Shown here in pieces: positions 59,324 to 64,000 of a stretch of 64,000 nt of DNA. The translations under genes were made by a program, and so were the position numbers. How positions within the stretch are numbered: position 1 is the first letter of the stretch; every line of letters starts with the position of its first letter. The stretch comes from Myxococcota bacterium (GTDB taxonomy: Bacteria; Myxococcota_A; Polyangia; Nannocystales; Nannocystaceae). The notes under the pieces were generated by a model. It searched no databases, was not told the origin of the DNA, and was given only the letters and a program-made list of their open reading frames with translations. The DNA lies in NCBI GenBank assembly GCA_039028615.1, contig JBCCHT010000024.1, positions 1 through 64,000 on the forward strand, given 5' to 3'.

Positions 59324-61672
59324 CTATCCGGCGATATTGCACTGGATGGGGCCGTGCGTGCGGTTGTTCTCCGCCCGACACTCTTCCCAGGGGTGCTCGG
59401 GCATGCCGTCGTCCACGACGACCCACACGTCCACGTCGCCCGCCCGCAGGGCCTCGGAGGCGTCGGGGAGCAGCAGGTCCAGGTCCTCGGCCTCGGCCGG
59501 GTAGAGGGTCTTGGTGGTCAGCAGCGAGCCCAGCAGGCTGCCGCCCGCGGCGGGGTCGCCCTCGTAGAAGCCGACCACCACGCCCTCGGGCACGGCGGCT
59601 CGGCCGAGGTTGCGGATCCGTGCGGTCACGCCGAACTCGCTCGGCGAGCAGATGGGCAGGATGCTCGCGACCAAGTCGGGCGCGGCGAACTCCCCCTCGG
59701 GCTGGACGTTCTGGCGGAAGTTGTTGAGCCCGGTCACCGACCAGTTGCTGGTCTCCATCACGGGCACCACCCCGTTCTCCTCGATGTTGGTCACGTGATA
59801 GGCGTGCTGGTTCCACACCGGCCGCGTGCGGACCCACTGGTCGTCGCCGAAGACCCGCAGGCCACGCTGCTGAGACCCATCGAGGGGGCAGGTGATGCTG
59901 TGGTAGTCGTTGCTGATCACCACGATGTCCGCGTGCCCGTCGTTGTCGACGTCGGCGACCAGCGGGTACTCCTCGAGGGTCCCGGTGGTGTTGCACTCCT
60001 CGAGCACCACCGCCCCCGTCGCTCCGTCGTAGATCCGCAGGTACTGCTCGTCGCCGTACACGACCTCGGCGCTGCCGTTGCCGTCGAAGTCGAACACCGA
60101 GGAGCCCGTGCGCCGCGAAGAGCAGTCCTGGGCAGGCGTGATCCACATCAGCGTATCGGCGTCGGCGATTGCGGGGTTCATGAGCGCCGCGCCGTCGAAC
60201 ACCGCATAGCCCACGCCCGCGGCCACGCCGACGTCGGGCGTGCCGTCCCCGTTGAAATCGGCGATGGTGGGCGGGCCGCCGCCCGTGCCGCCCGTACAGG
60301 CCCCCAGCGCACCGTTGATGTTGATGTTCTGGCGGATGATCTGCGCCCCGCCCGGCATGGCCGGGTCGACCCGCCACAGATACAGGGTGTGGTTGTTGGT
60401 CTGGATGACCGCGATCTCGGCCCCGCCGTCCCCGTCGAAGTCAGCCACTGCCGCGTGCTGCCCGTTGATGCCCACGTCGGCCACCTGGGTGCCATCGGGG
60501 TCGAAGACGTAGCGCGGGCCCACGACCTCGAGCTGGCCGTCCCCGTCGACGTCGGAGGTCACCACCGAGAACTGCGAGGCGAAGGTGATCTCGGTCATGC
60601 CGGTCACGCCGTCGATGATCCCCGCCTGCTCGATGATCTCGGCCGTGCCGTCCTGGTCGAGGTCGGCGATGGAGGGCATGAAGCAGCCTCCCGAGTAGTC
60701 GGAGGTCCACAGCTCGCTGCCGTCGTGATCGAAGGCGCGGACGCGGCCGGTGTTGGTGCAGGTGACGATCTCGTTGCCGGGGGTGCCGTCGATGTTGCCG
60801 CCCGCGATCGAGCGCCCCGGGTGGATCTGGTTGGCGTCGCCCGCGGTCACCGACCACTTGTCGACGAGCACGCCGTCGACGATCGAGATCGCGTGCAGGG
60901 TGCCGTTGTTGTTGTAGTCGTTCCCGAGGAAGGTGGTGAAGATCATCTCCGGGAGGTCGCGCTCGTCGACGACGGCGTCGCAATTGTCGTCGTCGAGCTG
61001 CACCACGATGGGGGCCATCATCGAGTTGCCCTGGTCCCAGTGGTACTTGAGCTCGGGCGCGAAGCTGGTCTCGGGGATGACCTCGCACTGCGGCAGGCAG
61101 TCGATGTCCTCGCCCTCGGTCGGCTCGACCCCGGCCGGGCACTCGGGGGGCTCGGGCAAGCAGCGACCGGTGGCCGGGGACACGCCGCCCTGGCACATGC
61201 CCCCGCCGCCGCCCTTGCCCGGCTCGCCCAGCGAGTACTCGCAGTAGTGATCATCGGGGCACTCGCTGGCGTCGACGCACTCCTCTCCCGGCACGACGCA
61301 CTGCTGGAACGAGCACACTTCGGTGTCGCCACAGCACACCTCGTCGCAGGCTTGCTCGACGGCACAGCACACGCCCTCGATGCACTCGCCCTCGCATTCG
61401 TCTCCGCAGGTCGGTCCGGTCTCGGTGCCCGTGTCGTCGACGCCTTCGGTGTCGCTCGCGTCGTCGGTCTCGCCGCCCGTGCTCGTGCCCCCGCCCGCGG
61501 TGATGATCCCGGGATCGGTGCCGCCTCCCGCTCGGCCGTCGTCGCCGGAGCACGCAGTCAGCGCCAATGCAGCGCAGGGCAGGCAGACAATGAGGAAGGG
61601 GCGGGGGCGGAGGGGCAGGCGCAGGACTCGAGGCACGATGGGGGGCTCCAATGTATGACCTTTGGACACCAC
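59324..61672 (-). CDS. FG-GAP/VCBS beta-propeller lipoprotein with C-terminal CARDB-like domain
   Basis: Lipobox LTAC; Cys-rich region; DLDQDG, DVDGDG, DFDGDG, DFNGDG, DVDNDG repeats; EECRAENN; start uncertain. Confidence 0.88.
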   Translation of the reverse strand: MVSKGHTLEPPIVPRVLRLPLRPRPFLIVCLPCAALALTACSGDDGRAGGGTDPGIITAGGGTSTGGETDDASDTEGVDDTGTETGPTCGDECEGECIEGVCCAVEQACDEVCCGDTEVCSFQQCVVPGEECVDASECPDDHYCEYSLGEPGKGGGGGMCQGGVSPATGRCLPEPPECPAGVEPTEGEDIDCLPQCEVIPETSFAPELKYHWDQGNSMMAPIVVQLDDDNCDAVVDERDLPEMIFTTFLGNDYNNNGTLHAISIVDGVLVDKWSVTAGDANQIHPGRSIAGGNIDGTPGNEIVTCTNTGRVRAFDHDGSELWTSDYSGGCFMPSIADLDQDGTAEIIEQAGIIDGVTGMTEITFASQFSVVTSDVDGDGQLEVVGPRYVFDPDGTQVADVGINGQHAAVADFDGDGGAEIAVIQTNNHTLYLWRVDPAMPGGAQIIRQNININGALGACTGGTGGGPPTIADFNGDGTPDVGVAAGVGYAVFDGAALMNPAIADADTLMWITPAQDCSSRRTGSSVFDFDGNGSAEVVYGDEQYLRIYDGATGAVVLEECNTTGTLEEYPLVADVDNDGHADIVVISNDYHSITCPLDGSQQRGLRVFGDDQWVRTRPVWNQHAYHVTNIEENGVVPVMETSNWSVTGLNNFRQNVQPEGEFAAPDLVASILPICSPSEFGVTARIRNLGRAAVPEGVVVGFYEGDPAAGGSLLGSLLTTKTLYPAEAEDLDLLLPDASEALRAGDVDVWVVVDDGMPEHPWEECRAENNRTHGPIQCNIAG

Positions 61673-61806
61673 CCCCGCCGAAATCTCCGTCCGAACCCGT
61701 ATTGAGCCATGGGACGGTGTTTACGGCGCTCTATTCGCGATGAGACCGGCCAGCGATGGCACGGTGCTGGTCGCTCGGCGCAGCCTCGGGCTACTCTGCC
61801 GCCGCC

Positions 61807-62595
61807 ATGAAGCCTCCGCGAACAGCGCAGCTGCTGACCGTTTCCGCGCTGGTCACCGCGTTCGTCGTGGGGCCGGTGCCGGTCGCCATCGCGGCGCCCG
61901 CGGCCGAGGGCAGCACGGCCGAGCCCGAGACGGTCGACGCGGCCGAGAGCACGGACGCGCCTGCGGACGACTCGGCGCCCGAAGCCGCGGGAGAACCCGA
62001 GGCGGAGCCCGCCGCCGAGGCGGAGTCCGAGTCGCCGACAGAGGGCGAAGGGACCGAGCCGGACCCGGCCGCAGTCGAAGAGCCTGCACCCGAGCCGGAG
62101 CCTGCACCGGAGCCGGAGCCCGAGCCGGAGCCCGAACCCGAGGCTGCACCCACGGTCACGGTGAAGCCGGGCGAAGTCTCCATCGGTCCGTCGGCGGGCA
62201 AGTCCACGGGCGACGTGCCTCCGCAGGAGAGCCTGGTCGACGAGCGTCGCACCCGGGCCGACGAGCGGATGTTGCTGCGCGCGAGCGGTCTGTCGTTCGG
62301 CGTGGCCGCGGTGGCCTTGGTGCCGATGATTGTCGGATTGCAGCAAGCCAACGCGGCGCAACGCGAGCGCTCGGCGCTCGGCGGCAGCGATCCGGCCATG
62401 GCCGCCGATCTCGAGAACACCGAGCAGCAGATGACGACGCTGGCCATCGCCGGTGGCGTGGTCGCGGGCGCCCAGCTGGTGACCGGTGCGGTGCTGCTGG
62501 GCTTGGCCCTGCGACGTCCCGCGTCCGAGCGCCACGCCTTCGCGCCCGCGGTCGGTCGCGGACAGCTCGGCGTCGTCTGGCGGGCTCGCTTCTAG
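61807..62595 (+). CDS. Exported hypothetical protein with PE repeats and C-terminal hydrophobic hairpin
   Basis: Signal peptide; EPAPEPEPAPEPEPEPEPEPE; two hydrophobic helices; ends in RF. Confidence 0.7.
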   Translation: MKPPRTAQLLTVSALVTAFVVGPVPVAIAAPAAEGSTAEPETVDAAESTDAPADDSAPEAAGEPEAEPAAEAESESPTEGEGTEPDPAAVEEPAPEPEPAPEPEPEPEPEPEAAPTVTVKPGEVSIGPSAGKSTGDVPPQESLVDERRTRADERMLLRASGLSFGVAAVALVPMIVGLQQANAAQRERSALGGSDPAMAADLENTEQQMTTLAIAGGVVAGAQLVTGAVLLGLALRRPASERHAFAPAVGRGQLGVVWRARF

Positions 62596-62596
62596 C

Positions 62597-64000
62597 TCAC
62601 TGGCACTGCTCGCCGCAGGGCCCGAACACACACTCGAGCAGCGCGTCGAAGAGCGGGGGCGTGCGGGTGAGTCCGCAGGGCTCGAGGCACTGCTCGACCG
62701 GCTCGTCTTCGGCGACGCAATCGGCCACGCACTCGCAGTCGGCGTCGCGGTAGCACGCGACGAGCTGAGACTTGCAGGTGGTGTCGATGCACGTGTCGCA
62801 CTCGTCTCGCCCGCCGCCCTCCACGAACTCGGGGCAGGTGTCGATGCCCCCCGCGATGGCCTGAAGCTGGAGCTGCACCCGCAAGTCGATCGCGTCGCGC
62901 AGCTCTTGCACCGCCCCGGCATCGACCGCGTCGCCCAGGACCGGAAGCACCGCGTCGAGCCGGTCACTGAGGCTCTGCGGCGACGCGGCGCCCATCAAGA
63001 AGCCCTCGAGGATGCCCAGGTACTCCTGCACGCGCGTGGGGTCGGCGAGCAGCTTGTTGGAGATCGGCCACTCGGTGGTATTGCGCCCGTAGCCGCAGGG
63101 ATCGGGCAGGACCCCCTGCGAGAAGTTCATGTCCCACGGCAGCATGATGAAGCGCCCCGGGGTGGACTCGTACAGGTAGTAGTTGTGCCCGAACGAGGCG
63201 TAGTAGTCGTAGTTGCCCACGCCCACGTTCATGGCGTGATAGGTCAGCGCCTGGGTCTCGTCGAGCACGGGGGCGAAGGCCTCGACGCCCTGCTCGTTGA
63301 TCACGGTCAGCAGCTGGAGCAGCGAGGCATGGTCGGTCCCGGAGGCGTCGGGCCACTTGAACTGGATCTCGGGCTCGTAGTCGCCGATGGTCGGCCCGCG
63401 CCACGCCAGGTTGCCGATGGGTTCCTCGGGCTTGTACAGGTCGCCGAAGGGCTCGTCGTAGTGGCAGCGGATGAACTTGCCCTGCAGGTGCTCGACCATC
63501 GTGTACAGGCCGAGCTCTTCTCCGTTGACGGTCACACGGGCAAAGCCCACTCGGGCGGTGGGCACCCCGTGGGCCCGGATGGCGCCGTAGCTCAGGTACT
63601 CGTTGACGGTGGTGATGCCATCGAGGTTGGTGTGGAGGTTGAGCTTGGTCAGCCCGTCGAAGGATTGTTCGGGGTCGACCCGGTCGAAGTCCAGCTTGAG
63701 CGGGAACGAGTGCCCTTGCTCGCGGGCGACGAGCAACGACGAGTGACCTTTGAGCCGCACCGCCAGCGGCGAGGCCAGGGGCACGCCGTCGAACTGGAAT
63801 TCGGCGTCGAAGTAGGTCTTGTCGGGGCCGCCGTACTCGGGGCTGTCCTCGGCCTCTTGGATCATGGCGGCCCAGTCGGCGTCGGAGAGCTGAAGGCTCA
63901 GCTCGTGCACCACGGTCTCGTCGAAGACCATGGCCCCGCGGGCGCAGGCCTCCACGTCGCCGCCGGTCGGGTTGCTCCCCGTGTCGTCGGCCATGCCTTC
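62597..64000 (-). CDS. CotH kinase family protein with Cys-rich C-terminus (probably 5' truncated)
   Basis: VRLKGHSS, PLKLDF, LGLYTMVE, HNYYLY, PWDMNFS; frame open to the window edge. Confidence 0.9.
   Translation of the reverse strand, partial: EGMADDTGSNPTGGDVEACARGAMVFDETVVHELSLQLSDADWAAMIQEAEDSPEYGGPDKTYFDAEFQFDGVPLASPLAVRLKGHSSLLVAREQGHSFPLKLDFDRVDPEQSFDGLTKLNLHTNLDGITTVNEYLSYGAIRAHGVPTARVGFARVTVNGEELGLYTMVEHLQGKFIRCHYDEPFGDLYKPEEPIGNLAWRGPTIGDYEPEIQFKWPDASGTDHASLLQLLTVINEQGVEAFAPVLDETQALTYHAMNVGVGNYDYYASFGHNYYLYESTPGRFIMLPWDMNFSQGVLPDPCGYGRNTTEWPISNKLLADPTRVQEYLGILEGFLMGAASPQSLSDRLDAVLPVLGDAVDAGAVQELRDAIDLRVQLQLQAIAGGIDTCPEFVEGGGRDECDTCIDTTCKSQLVACYRDADCECVADCVAEDEPVEQCLEPCGLTRTPPLFDALLECVFGPCGEQCQ

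Noticed and set aside
62080..62150. GAGCC-rich tandem repeat
   Set aside because: Simply encodes a Pro-Glu linker.

Overview
GC-rich (about 70% by eye), densely coding bacterial chromosome segment. A MYXO-CTERM protein, many lipoproteins with Thr/Ser/Gly/Asp/Glu-rich tethers, CxGxDNDCDG repeats, TPR Ser/Thr kinases and an ECF/anti-sigma/caspase unit point to a myxobacterium, probably Nannocystales-like (inference). I call about 50 protein genes, including typA, lon and an arginase, and saw no rRNA, tRNA, CRISPR array or transposase. The standout is a candidate chryseobasin-like RiPP system. A 155-aa precursor with a lipoprotein-like signal ends in CPACGRG (7929-8396). A ChrH-like DUF692/MNIO enzyme (10193-11065), a translationally coupled 66-aa ORF and a membrane protein follow, separated from the precursor by an A/T-richer, opposite-strand phospholipase C gene. 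Other notable units: a lipoprotein-ECF sigma-anti-sigma-exported caspase/beta-barrel operon; an atypical LuxR regulator divergent from a cytoplasmic HtrA-like protease and Lon, with an 18-bp palindrome between them; a surface module with an unrecognised threefold repeat; and recurring leaderless-type promoters. All assignments come from motif reading and recall, not database searches.
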